A stretch of 24,000 nucleotides of DNA. Source: an uncultured Candidatus Izemoplasmatales bacterium (GTDB taxonomy: Bacteria; Bacillota_I; Bacilli_A; Izemoplasmatales; Hujiaoplasmataceae). Positions 1-7,618 of the stretch are shown piece after piece. The position numbers and the translations under genes were made by a program. Under the pieces are notes generated by a model. That model was not told where the DNA came from. It saw only the letters and a list, made by a program, of their open reading frames with translations, and ran no database searches. The stretch is from NCBI GenBank assembly GCA_964574705.1, contig CAZNOO010000007.1:11293-35292 (forward strand), read 5' to 3'. Numbering within the stretch: position 1 is the first letter of the stretch; each line of letters begins with the position of its first letter.

Positions 1-76
1 TAAGATGAACTGCTTGAGGCAAAACAATCCCTATAGCCACAAATAGACCGGTTAAAATCATTTTTCTAGTTGTCAT
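1..76 (-). CDS. 5' end of a membrane protein gene running off the left edge (MTTRKMILTGLFVAIGIVLPQAVHL...); possibly ECF-transporter S-component-like
   Basis: Absent from the ORF track because it is truncated. The reverse complement of 1-76 reads ATG ACA ACT AGA AAA ATG ATT TTA ACC GGT... with no stop before the window edge. A GGAGGA Shine-Dalgarno (complement of 85-90) lies 8 nt upstream of the ATG at 76-74. A basic N-terminus is followed by a hydrophobic helix. The family guess rests on only 25 residues. Confidence 0.5.
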   Translation of the reverse strand, partial: MTTRKMILTGLFVAIGIVLPQAVHL

Positions 77-107
77 TATTATCTTCCTCCGTCAAAAGTC
101 TGTAATA

Positions 108-136
108 ACTATAACCGATTTATTGGAATAAATCAA
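108..136 (-). promoter_or_regulatory. sigma-A-type promoter for the leftward membrane protein gene
   Basis: On the minus strand: TTGATT (complement of 131-136), a 17-nt spacer, then TATAGT (complement of 108-113). This leaves a 5' UTR of only about 25 nt. Confidence 0.5.
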
Positions 137-239
137 CTTAGAAACATCTTAACTTTAGTGCTAGATTCGCAAACAATGAAAGGTAAAAACAGTAAAAGAT
201 GAAAAAAAACTCCTATTCTTGTAAAAATCAGTCTATTGA

Positions 240-268
240 TTGTATGGGATTTTTTCGCGTGGTATAAT
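240..268 (+). promoter_or_regulatory. sigma-A promoter with extended -10 for the ROK/PIG-L operon
   Basis: TTGTAT (240-245), a 17-nt spacer, and TGgTATAAT (260-268). The RBS AAGGTGGAG at 288-296 precedes the ATG at 303. Confidence 0.55.
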
Positions 269-302
269 ACACTCAACAATTCAATTTAAGGTGGAGTGAA
301 AA

Positions 303-1706
303 ATGCCATTTTCTTTTAATCAAAAACCAAATAAAAAATTGCATCTCGATCCATTCTTTGTACCATTAGCGCTTGCGAACAAAGAATATCTATCTGCAGT
401 TAATAATTCAGAAAATCCTACTACGGTTCTTATAGCAATTGAACGTAGCAATGGATTCATCTCAACATTTAATACATCTGTGTTTGGAGAAGAATCTCAA
501 GCGGATGCAAATTTCATCTTCATCGAACGTTTGGTAAAAACATTGGTTTGGATTAAGGGCGGATGGAAAGTGTATTACTGCGGGCCAAAAGACCTGGGAT
601 TACGGTTGCAAATTGCATATATTAAAAATGGAATTAGGGATTTCGACTCGGAATTTATGTCTTCGATTTATGGAGAAAGCTTCGAAGTTGTGATTGTTGG
701 AATAGATGAATTTCCGAAACCATTTGAATCCTCTACGCCCGTTGGAAGACATTTAGACGGTTATCGAATCGGATTCGATGCTGGAGGAAGCGACCGAAAG
801 GTTTCTGCAGTTGTCAATGGTAAAGCAATATTCAGCGAAGAGGTAATATGGCATCCAAAACTTCAATCTAATCCAGAATATCATTATCAAGAAATTCTGA
901 GTTCAATGAAAAAAGCTGCTTCGTATCTTCCAAAAGTAGATGCCATTGGCGTAAGCGCAGCAGGAATCTACATTGACAACCAAGTACGTGCAGCATCTCT
1001 TTTCATCAAAGTACCAAAAACAGAATTCGAATTGAAAGTTAAAAATATGTTTTTAGATATTGCCCACGAGATGGGTGATGTTCCAATAGAAGTCGCAAAT
1101 GATGGCGATGTCACCGCTCTTGCAGGAGCGATGAGTTTGGGAACAAATAAAGTGCTAGGGATTGCGATGGGAACCAGTCAGGCAGCAGGATACGTTGACG
1201 AAGCTGGCAACATCACAGGTTGGCTGAATGAACTTGCATTTGTACCTGTTGATTACAATCTAATGTCCGCAATCGACGATTGGTCAAAGGACTATGGATG
1301 CGGAGTCAATTATTTTTCACAAGATGCGGTCATTCGATTGGCAAAGAACGCAGAAATTGAGATTGACGAAACACTCACTCCTGCAGAAAAACTTTCCAAC
1401 ATACAGAATCTGCTCGAAGAAGGAAATCCAAAAGCTAAAGAAATTTTCGATACAATCGGTGTATACTTGGGCTATAGTATTGCATATTATTCTCAATTCT
1501 ATGACATTGACACCGTTTTGATTTTAGGAAGGGTTTCCTCAAAAACAGCAGGAACAAGAATACTAAAACTTGCGAAGTCGATTCTAAAGGATGAATTCCC
1601 CATCATAAGTCAAAAGATCAGATTGATTTTACCAGATGAAAAAAGCAGACGAGTGGGTCAATCAATCGCCGCAGCTAGCCTACCCATGATTAGAAAGGTG
1701 GATTAA
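303..1706 (+). CDS. ROK-family / ASKHA sugar-kinase-like protein with a ~150-aa N-terminal extension
   Basis: 467-aa ORF with a good RBS. It carries an actin-fold ATPase phosphate-1 motif (GFDAGGSDRKVSAV), a DNDAN-like motif (VANDGDVTALAGA) and a glycine-rich segment (GIAMGTSQAAGYV). I could not find the canonical ROK zinc motif CxCGxxGCxE. Confidence 0.75.
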   Translation: MPFSFNQKPNKKLHLDPFFVPLALANKEYLSAVNNSENPTTVLIAIERSNGFISTFNTSVFGEESQADANFIFIERLVKTLVWIKGGWKVYYCGPKDLGLRLQIAYIKNGIRDFDSEFMSSIYGESFEVVIVGIDEFPKPFESSTPVGRHLDGYRIGFDAGGSDRKVSAVVNGKAIFSEEVIWHPKLQSNPEYHYQEILSSMKKAASYLPKVDAIGVSAAGIYIDNQVRAASLFIKVPKTEFELKVKNMFLDIAHEMGDVPIEVANDGDVTALAGAMSLGTNKVLGIAMGTSQAAGYVDEAGNITGWLNELAFVPVDYNLMSAIDDWSKDYGCGVNYFSQDAVIRLAKNAEIEIDETLTPAEKLSNIQNLLEEGNPKAKEIFDTIGVYLGYSIAYYSQFYDIDTVLILGRVSSKTAGTRILKLAKSILKDEFPIISQKIRLILPDEKSRRVGQSIAAASLPMIRKVD

Positions 1707-1707
1707 C

Positions 1708-2559
1708 ATGTTATTCTACAAACCGAAAGCAGAATTATTTATTCCAGATCATTCAAAAGAATCTGATGCCTTGAAAAGAGCCACCCACATGTCAATTGCC
1801 GCTCATCAAGACGATATCGAAATCATGGCATACGATGGCATCATCAAATGTTATGATAAACAAGACAAATGGTTCTCGGGCGTCGTAGTTACCAATGGAT
1901 CCGGAAGTGCTCGGGAAGGTCTCTATAAAAACTTCACAGATGAAGAAATGATGAATGTAAGAAGAGAAGAACAAAAGAAAGCATCCGTTATCGGAAAATT
2001 TGGGTCACTTGTTCTACTTGATTATTCCAGCAAAGAGACCAAAAATCCCTCGCAAGATATTTTAGTGAAGGAACTTGCAGAAATTCTTCGTATGACGAAG
2101 CCCGAAGTCTTGTACACTCATAACCTTGCTGATAAACATGATACTCATATAGCTGTTGCGACAAAGACGATTCAAGCTGTAAGATTGCTTCCAAAAGAAG
2201 ATCGTCCGAAACAGTTCTATGGGTGTGAAGTATGGAGAGGTCTTGACTGGATGATGGATTCTGATAAGATTTTATTTGATGTCTCGCAAAATCCTGAATT
2301 GGCAGCTGAATTACTCTCTGTGTTTGAATCTCAAATCATCGGTGGAAAAAGATATGATTTAGCTACGCTAGGAAGAAGACTTGCAAATGCAACCTATACT
2401 TCTTCTCATACTGTGGATCAAGCAAAAGCAATTATCTATGCTATGGATTTATTACCATTGATTGAAGATGATTCGTTAGATATCTCCGATTACATTGAAT
2501 CTTTCATTACCCGCTTCAAAAACGACGTAATAGATAAGTTAAGAAAAAACATTAAATAA
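1708..2559 (+). CDS. PIG-L / LmbE-family N-acetyl-sugar deacetylase
   Basis: 283-aa ORF starting 1 nt after the ROK stop, with RBS AAGGTGGA. The motif IAAHQDDIEIM matches the AHPDDE-type metal-binding motif of the PIG-L family, and later His/Asp residues (HNLADKHDTH) fit as well. Confidence 0.75.
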   Translation: MLFYKPKAELFIPDHSKESDALKRATHMSIAAHQDDIEIMAYDGIIKCYDKQDKWFSGVVVTNGSGSAREGLYKNFTDEEMMNVRREEQKKASVIGKFGSLVLLDYSSKETKNPSQDILVKELAEILRMTKPEVLYTHNLADKHDTHIAVATKTIQAVRLLPKEDRPKQFYGCEVWRGLDWMMDSDKILFDVSQNPELAAELLSVFESQIIGGKRYDLATLGRRLANATYTSSHTVDQAKAIIYAMDLLPLIEDDSLDISDYIESFITRFKNDVIDKLRKNIK

Positions 2560-2566
2560 AATTTCT

Positions 2567-2607
2567 AAGCGGTTGTCTATCATTTTCTGATAGCATTCGC
2601 TTTTTTT
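2567..2607 (+). terminator. intrinsic terminator after the PIG-L gene
   Basis: AAGCG (2567-2571) pairs with CGCTT (2598-2602). An inner stem pairs CTATCA (2577-2582) with TGATAG (2588-2593). A run of 7 T follows (2601-2607). Confidence 0.6.
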
Positions 2608-2641
2608 ATGATTCAAATTACCTCGAAACTTCAAACGAATT

Positions 2642-2650
2642 TGATATACT
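2642..2650 (+). promoter_or_regulatory. extended -10 element (TGaTATACT) upstream of the endonuclease V-like gene
   Basis: TGATATACT at 2642-2650, 28 nt before the ATG at 2678. There is no convincing -35. The RBS GGAAGGA lies at 2661-2667. Confidence 0.4.
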
Positions 2651-2677
2651 ATTCTTAAAGGGAAGGATGTGCGTTGA

Positions 2678-3115
2678 ATGAGACTATGGCATAAAGATTT
2701 GATTCCAATTTTACCTCGCCAACAATTGTTGGGACAATGGAGAGAACTGTTCGCGATCTATCACGACTTGTTGAAAGAAAAAAAGGGAGAAAAAAAGAAA
2801 ACTGCTTTTGCACACAGACATCCACTTGTCAACTATGTGAATAATTATGGTATAGATCATCTTTTGAGTTATGGCTTATTAATTCTTTCTGAATTTGAAA
2901 TCAGAGGTTATAAAGCGAGTCAAAATCTGATTAATGAAATCCAAACAAACTCGCCAGTCAAACTTAATTTGATTTTCGATTTAGATCATACGGATGAGTA
3001 CCTTGAAATCTGTTACTACAATTTAAAAGAAAAATACATGAGGGGTTTGATTGTTCCTGAGGCTTGGAAAAAGATTGAAAATAAATGGAATATACTGAAA
3101 GAAAAGACCGCTTAA
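2678..3115 (+). CDS. pyrimidine-dimer DNA glycosylase (T4 endonuclease V / DenV)-like protein
   Basis: 145 aa. The N-terminus MRLWHKDLIPILPRQQLLGQWRELFAI aligns without gaps to T4 endonuclease V [27 protein letters not shown]. This includes the Q-x-L and YRE/WRE block and places Glu23 at the position of the catalytic Glu23 of T4 endoV. Confidence 0.65.
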   Translation: MRLWHKDLIPILPRQQLLGQWRELFAIYHDLLKEKKGEKKKTAFAHRHPLVNYVNNYGIDHLLSYGLLILSEFEIRGYKASQNLINEIQTNSPVKLNLIFDLDHTDEYLEICYYNLKEKYMRGLIVPEAWKKIENKWNILKEKTA

Positions 3116-3135
3116 AATGAAAAACATCAATACGC

Positions 3136-3163
3136 TTGTATATCGTATTGGAAGTGATATAAT
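3136..3163 (+). promoter_or_regulatory. sigma-A promoter with extended -10 for the DUF2892 gene
   Basis: TTGTAT (3136-3141), a 16-nt spacer, and TGaTATAAT (3155-3163). The RBS AAAGGAGA lies at 3177-3184. Confidence 0.5.
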
Positions 3164-3193
3164 GAAATCAAAAGAAAAGGAGATGAATTATAT

Positions 3194-3412
3194 ATGTATA
3201 TCATTAAAGGTAAAGGATCGCTTGCTAGATTAATCGCTGGTGTTCTTGTTATCGCAAGTGTTGCTTTAGGTTATTGGGTTAGTCCTTTCTTCTTCTTGCT
3301 TACACTATTCGTTGGAACCATGCTTATACTGAGCTTCGTTGTTGGATATTGTCCATCAGAACTTCTGTTGAAAGCATTAAAAGTTGAAGAAAGAGTACCA
3401 ACAAAAAAATAA
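3194..3412 (+). CDS. DUF2892 (YgaP-like) small membrane protein
   Basis: 72 aa with two transmembrane helices. The family-typical pattern is present: R-x-I-x-G...VG...L-x-S-x-x-x-G-x-CP (RLIAGVLV...FVGTMLILSFVVGYCPSELLL). The gene has its own promoter, RBS and terminator. Confidence 0.7.
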   Translation: MYIIKGKGSLARLIAGVLVIASVALGYWVSPFFFLLTLFVGTMLILSFVVGYCPSELLLKALKVEERVPTKK

Positions 3413-3438
3413 GACTAGTTCATCTAGTCTTTTTTTTT
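3412..3438 (+). terminator. intrinsic terminator
   Basis: A perfect 7-bp stem pairs AGACTAG (3412-3418) with CTAGTCT (3424-3430), with loop TTCAT. A run of about 9 T follows, to 3438. Confidence 0.8.
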
Positions 3439-3491
3439 GAATTGAAACAAACAAAATAATAATAGATAAATCGATAAGAATATAAAATGGA

Positions 3492-3500
3492 TGGTATAAT
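3492..3500 (+). promoter_or_regulatory. extended -10 promoter element (TGgTATAAT) for the U32-ABC operon
   Basis: TGGTATAAT at 3492-3500, 28 nt upstream of the ATG at 3529. The -35 region is weak (TCGATA). Confidence 0.5.
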
Positions 3501-3528
3501 ATTGTTGATATGAAATGAGGTGAAACGT

Positions 3529-5880
3529 ATGAAACAAATTGAACTTCTTGCCCCTGCGGGTGACAGGTTATCCTTTATTGGAGCAATCAACGCAGGAGCA
3601 AATGCGGTGTACTTGTCAGGCAAGAAATTTGGAGCAAGATCATACGCTTCCAACTTCGAGACTGATGAAATCATCGCTTCAATTGAATACGCTCATTTAA
3701 GAAATGTGGCAGTGTACGTTACAATTAACACGGTCGTTTATGATTATGAAATTCAATCATTATTAGCTTATACTGACGAGCTTGTTAAGCATCAGGTTGA
3801 CGCAATCATCATACAAGATTTAGGACTGCTTGAGTTATTTACTCAACGCTATCCAGATACAGATATTCATGCTTCAACACAAATGAACACACTAAATGTT
3901 AATCAAGCAAAGTTCTTAAAATCGATGGGCGTAAAAAGAATTATTCTAGCAAGAGAAACATCGATTGAAATGATTAAAAAAATTAAGAAGGAAGTCGACA
4001 TTGAACTTGAAGTTTTTGTTCATGGAGCGCTCTGTATATCCTATTCAGGCAATTGTTTATTCAGTTCTATGATTGGAGGCCGTTCTGGAAATCGTGGAGA
4101 ATGCGCCCAATCCTGCCGTCTCCCGTATCAACTATTGAAGGATGGAGTCCTAATCGAGCCTAATTCGTACCTTCTTTCTGCAAAAGACCTCATAACAATC
4201 GACAAAATATCTGAACTAGTTGAGTCCGGAGTTGATGCTTTAAAAATAGAAGGTAGGATGAGAAAACCTGAATATGTTATTCAAACAGTACTCTCATACA
4301 AAAATGCAATAAATAAAATTTATCTGGACACCACTTTAGATGTAGACCAAGAAATAGACAAATTAGTTAGAGTATTCAATCGTGGCCAAACTAGGGGATA
4401 TCTTTTTTTTGAGACTCCTAAAAATATAGTAAACTCAGACCGTCCAAATCATATTGGTATCCCTGTTGGAAAAGTGATTGATTGCTTCAGAGGAAAGGTC
4501 ACTGTTACCCTGACAGACACCCTTCGAGTGAATGACGGAATTCGCTTCCTAGGACATAAAGATATAGGGATGGGCGTATCTCGAATTCTTTCTAACGGAC
4601 ATACCGTTTCTCAAGCTTTTGCCGGCGAAACCATTATAATAGACTCACCTGAGTATATTGATCCTGAATCGCAAGTTCTTAAAACGTTAGATATCGAATT
4701 GGAAAATTCACTACAGATATACACCGATGAGTTTAGTAAGCACATCTACTTAAATGGTACGATTACAGCTTATTTGAACTGCAATTTAAAAATGAACGCA
4801 TCTGACTTATTCGGTCATAACTGGGAAGTATTTTCAGATTTTATTATTCCCAATGCCTCCAGTCATCCTGTTACTATCAATGATTTAAAAACTCATTTTT
4901 CAAAACTTGGAAACTCTCCATTTGAGTGGGATAACTTGCTTATTGAGACAGACGAACAAGGATTCATTCCTGTGAAAATCATGAATGAGTTGAGAAGAGA
5001 TTTGGTTGATAAAATCACTGAAACAATACTATCTAGAAAATCTAAGACCATTCAAGAGTTCATACCAATACCTGCAATTCAAATTGAAGTTTCTGGTCCA
5101 TCAATTATTGTGTCAGTTCAGAGTGAACAGCAATTTGATGCAGCTATCGAGATGGGTATCAAGGATATCTATGTTACTGACAACTTGACTCCAAATCAAA
5201 TGTTATATCCCGAAATTTGCATTTACAATCGTAAGAGAAGAATTTGGTCGAAAGACGATTCAACACACTTCGGTCATTCAGTTATCTCTGAGATTGGTCA
5301 CCTCTATAAACATAATACAACAGATACCATCGTTACAGATGAATTCTTAAATGTTACTAATATTCACGCACTGCATTTTCTTCTACACCATGGAGCGAAG
5401 AGAGTTACTCTTTCTCCAGAAGCCAATAGAGAAACTGCTGAGTCTATCTTCAAAAACTATGTTGCATACTACAATGAAATTCCAAATATTGAAAAAGTCG
5501 TCTATGGCCGCGAAGAGTTAATGATAAGCAAATATTGTCCAATCGCAAAAACATATGATACCAATTTAGGATGTAATCTATGTTATGAAAATCAATACTC
5601 ATTAAGAGATCGAAAAGGGGCAGAGTACCCTTTGATTAACGACGGGGTTTGCAACATTAAAATAATGCACTCTAAACCTTTGGTGTTGATTGACTATCTT
5701 CATCTCTTTATCCAAAATGGAATTAACACCTTAAGATTAAATTTTACAATTGAAGACAAGCAAACTACTTTGGACGTCATCGCTGCCTATAAAAATGCGA
5801 TGAATCATCTTCCTTATTCTCTTTCAAGAGAGAATGTGACTACAGGAAGATTTAATTCAAACATTGCAGGTTCATTATGA
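3529..5880 (+). CDS. U32-family protein (collagenase/PrtC-type 'peptidase' family), long two-module form
   Basis: The U32 signature is present: ELEVFVHGALCISYSGNCLFSSM, followed by ECAQSCRLPY (four Cys). The C-terminal half repeats the pattern (YGREELMISKYCPI...GCNLC...GVCN). I place the start at ATG 3529 because the RBS GAGGTGA (3517-3523) lies 5 nt upstream. The GTG at 3520 used by the ORF track sits inside that RBS. Confidence 0.9.
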   Translation: MKQIELLAPAGDRLSFIGAINAGANAVYLSGKKFGARSYASNFETDEIIASIEYAHLRNVAVYVTINTVVYDYEIQSLLAYTDELVKHQVDAIIIQDLGLLELFTQRYPDTDIHASTQMNTLNVNQAKFLKSMGVKRIILARETSIEMIKKIKKEVDIELEVFVHGALCISYSGNCLFSSMIGGRSGNRGECAQSCRLPYQLLKDGVLIEPNSYLLSAKDLITIDKISELVESGVDALKIEGRMRKPEYVIQTVLSYKNAINKIYLDTTLDVDQEIDKLVRVFNRGQTRGYLFFETPKNIVNSDRPNHIGIPVGKVIDCFRGKVTVTLTDTLRVNDGIRFLGHKDIGMGVSRILSNGHTVSQAFAGETIIIDSPEYIDPESQVLKTLDIELENSLQIYTDEFSKHIYLNGTITAYLNCNLKMNASDLFGHNWEVFSDFIIPNASSHPVTINDLKTHFSKLGNSPFEWDNLLIETDEQGFIPVKIMNELRRDLVDKITETILSRKSKTIQEFIPIPAIQIEVSGPSIIVSVQSEQQFDAAIEMGIKDIYVTDNLTPNQMLYPEICIYNRKRRIWSKDDSTHFGHSVISEIGHLYKHNTTDTIVTDEFLNVTNIHALHFLLHHGAKRVTLSPEANRETAESIFKNYVAYYNEIPNIEKVVYGREELMISKYCPIAKTYDTNLGCNLCYENQYSLRDRKGAEYPLINDGVCNIKIMHSKPLVLIDYLHLFIQNGINTLRLNFTIEDKQTTLDVIAAYKNAMNHLPYSLSRENVTTGRFNSNIAGSL

Positions 5881-7610
5881 AAAACATCTACCAAAAATTA
5901 AAATGGTTCATTGTCGAAGAGTGGAAAATGTATATCCCCATGCTCTTCCTTTTGATTGCAATCTCCTTTATCTCCTTATTGCCTGCAAAGCTTTTAGGAA
6001 GCGCCATTGATACTATCATCACTGGCGGAATCACTACTAAATCTTTAACCTTCTTGGTTGGAGGACTTATTCTTCTCCCTCTAGGCAGATATGTATTATC
6101 AATGATTTACAACTATATGATGAACTATGAAGGTCAAAAACTGACATACAAGCTTAGAAGCAGATATCTCGATCATCTATTTCATATGGATTCTAAGTTT
6201 TACGAATCTTATAAAAAAGGCGATTTAATTGCAAGAGTAACTAATGACCTGGATGCAATAACTGCTGCTGCAACTTCGATGTTGGAAGCTATCATTTTTA
6301 ACTTTGGCGTTATCGTTATCGCAATCGTCATCATGGGAACCACAATTTCTTGGAGTTTAACTTTGGTATCTTTGACGATTATGCCAATTGGGCTTACCAT
6401 TTTAAACATCATTCGATTCCATAAAAGAAAATACACCAGAATCCATCGCGAGATCTATGCAGAAATGACTGAAAAAGTTCTTGAATCTGTCGAGGGCATG
6501 AAAGTAATACGCGCTTATGTTCAAGAAGAAAACGATTTAAAGAAACTGTATACCGCCATTGATAGAGACATTGAATCATGGCGATACATTGTCAACTATG
6601 AAAACTGGTTTAACCCATTGTTTGAGGTCATTTATGGAATCTCATATCTACTAGCATTTGGATATGGATCCTATTTAATTATCAACCAAGCCATTACAGT
6701 CGGAAACTTAATAACGTTTGTATCCTACATTGGTATGCTCTTTGGCCCTATCATATCCATATCAACTATTTTCTCTCAAATCAACAACGCAACCATTTCC
6801 GTTGACAGATATGATGAAATAATGAAGGCACAAGCGGAAGTCCATGATGACTTGGATTCGATTCCAATTCTTAAATTCCAAAAAATAGATTTCAAAAATG
6901 TTACCTTTAAATATCCTTTTGACAAAGAGCCGGTGATTAAGAATATTGATTTTTCGATTTCTTTAGGTCAAACAATCGGCATTGTCGGTCCAACCGGATC
7001 AGGTAAATCAACTTTAATTCGTCAATTGCTCAGAGAATTTAATTTCACTGACGGAGACATTTTCATTGATGGTTTACCCATTGAAGAATACAAGATTGAT
7101 GACGTAAGAGGTCTTGTTGGGTACGTCCCTCAAGAACACATGTTATTCAAAAAAACTGTTGATGGAAACATCTTGATTGGAAATCCGAGAGCTAGACTAG
7201 AAGATCTAGATAAAGCGGTTAAAATTGCTGATTTTGAGAAGGACGTCATGTATTTGACCGACGGAATGAGAACCATGGTTGGAGAAGCGGGTTCCACCTT
7301 ATCCGGTGGTCAGAAGCAAAGACTTTCAATTGCTCGAGCGTTGGTTAAAGACCCTCAAATCTTGATATTGGACGATTCATTAAGCGCTGTAGATGCAAAA
7401 ACTGAAGAAAATATCATTGCACATTTGAAAGAATCTCGAGAAGGCAAAACCAATATTATTATTGCTCATCGCTTTTCTGCGATTCGGCATGCAGATCAAA
7501 TATACGTCCTTGAAAAGGGCATCATTACTCAGACGGGCACCCACACTGAACTTTTAAAACAAGATGGTTGGTATAAAGATCAATATATCCAACAGATTAC
7601 GATGAAGTAG
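5877..7610 (+). CDS. ABC exporter, fused permease/ATPase subunit 1 (carries the degenerate ATP site)
   Basis: 577 aa with six N-terminal transmembrane helices. Motifs: Walker A GPTGSGKST, signature LSGGQKQR, Walker B ILILDDS (Asp replaces the catalytic Glu) and H-loop IIAHRFS. The start overlaps the U32 stop (ATGA at 5877-5880). Confidence 0.95.
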   Translation: MKNIYQKLKWFIVEEWKMYIPMLFLLIAISFISLLPAKLLGSAIDTIITGGITTKSLTFLVGGLILLPLGRYVLSMIYNYMMNYEGQKLTYKLRSRYLDHLFHMDSKFYESYKKGDLIARVTNDLDAITAAATSMLEAIIFNFGVIVIAIVIMGTTISWSLTLVSLTIMPIGLTILNIIRFHKRKYTRIHREIYAEMTEKVLESVEGMKVIRAYVQEENDLKKLYTAIDRDIESWRYIVNYENWFNPLFEVIYGISYLLAFGYGSYLIINQAITVGNLITFVSYIGMLFGPIISISTIFSQINNATISVDRYDEIMKAQAEVHDDLDSIPILKFQKIDFKNVTFKYPFDKEPVIKNIDFSISLGQTIGIVGPTGSGKSTLIRQLLREFNFTDGDIFIDGLPIEEYKIDDVRGLVGYVPQEHMLFKKTVDGNILIGNPRARLEDLDKAVKIADFEKDVMYLTDGMRTMVGEAGSTLSGGQKQRLSIARALVKDPQILILDDSLSAVDAKTEENIIAHLKESREGKTNIIIAHRFSAIRHADQIYVLEKGIITQTGTHTELLKQDGWYKDQYIQQITMK

Positions 7611-7618
7611 GTGCGGAT

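Noticed and set aside
77-302. A possible riboswitch could lie upstream of the ECF-S-component-like gene in the 226-bp divergent intergenic region. There is also an 8-codon mini-ORF at 176-202.
   Set aside because: The best minus-strand promoter (TTGATT-17-TATAGT) leaves only a ~25-nt leader. I could not recognise any conserved riboswitch core (THI, FMN, preQ1 or cobalamin). The mini-ORF has no RBS.
1294-1521. A 75-aa out-of-frame ORF lies within the ROK-like gene. Similar internal ORFs occur at 1792-2194, 5006-5188, 6209-6436, 8470-8706, 9465-9670, 10182-10599, 11129-11311, 13886-14110, 15218-15409, 18691-18882, 19072-19299, 19571-20032, 20543-20746, 22292-22498 and 23308-23595.
   Set aside because: All are nested in alternative frames or strands of longer ORFs with clear family motifs. 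None has a convincing RBS.
3128-3150. A 7-bp hairpin (CAATACG ... CGTATTG) lies after the endonuclease V-like gene and could be a terminator.
   Set aside because: No U-tract follows it, and it overlaps the -35 region of the next promoter. It may still attenuate read-through, but it cannot be called an intrinsic terminator.
3520-3528. The ORF track uses a GTG start for the U32 gene.
   Set aside because: The GTG lies inside the GAGGTGA Shine-Dalgarno sequence. The ATG at 3529 has ideal 5-nt spacing, and the family N-terminus (MKQIELLAPAG) begins there.
3420-3674. An 84-aa minus-strand ORF spans the DUF2892 terminator, the U32 promoter and the U32 5' end.
   Set aside because: It overlaps a terminator, a promoter and the start of a strongly supported gene. 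Its sequence is low-complexity (FIYYYFVCFNSKKK) and it has no RBS.
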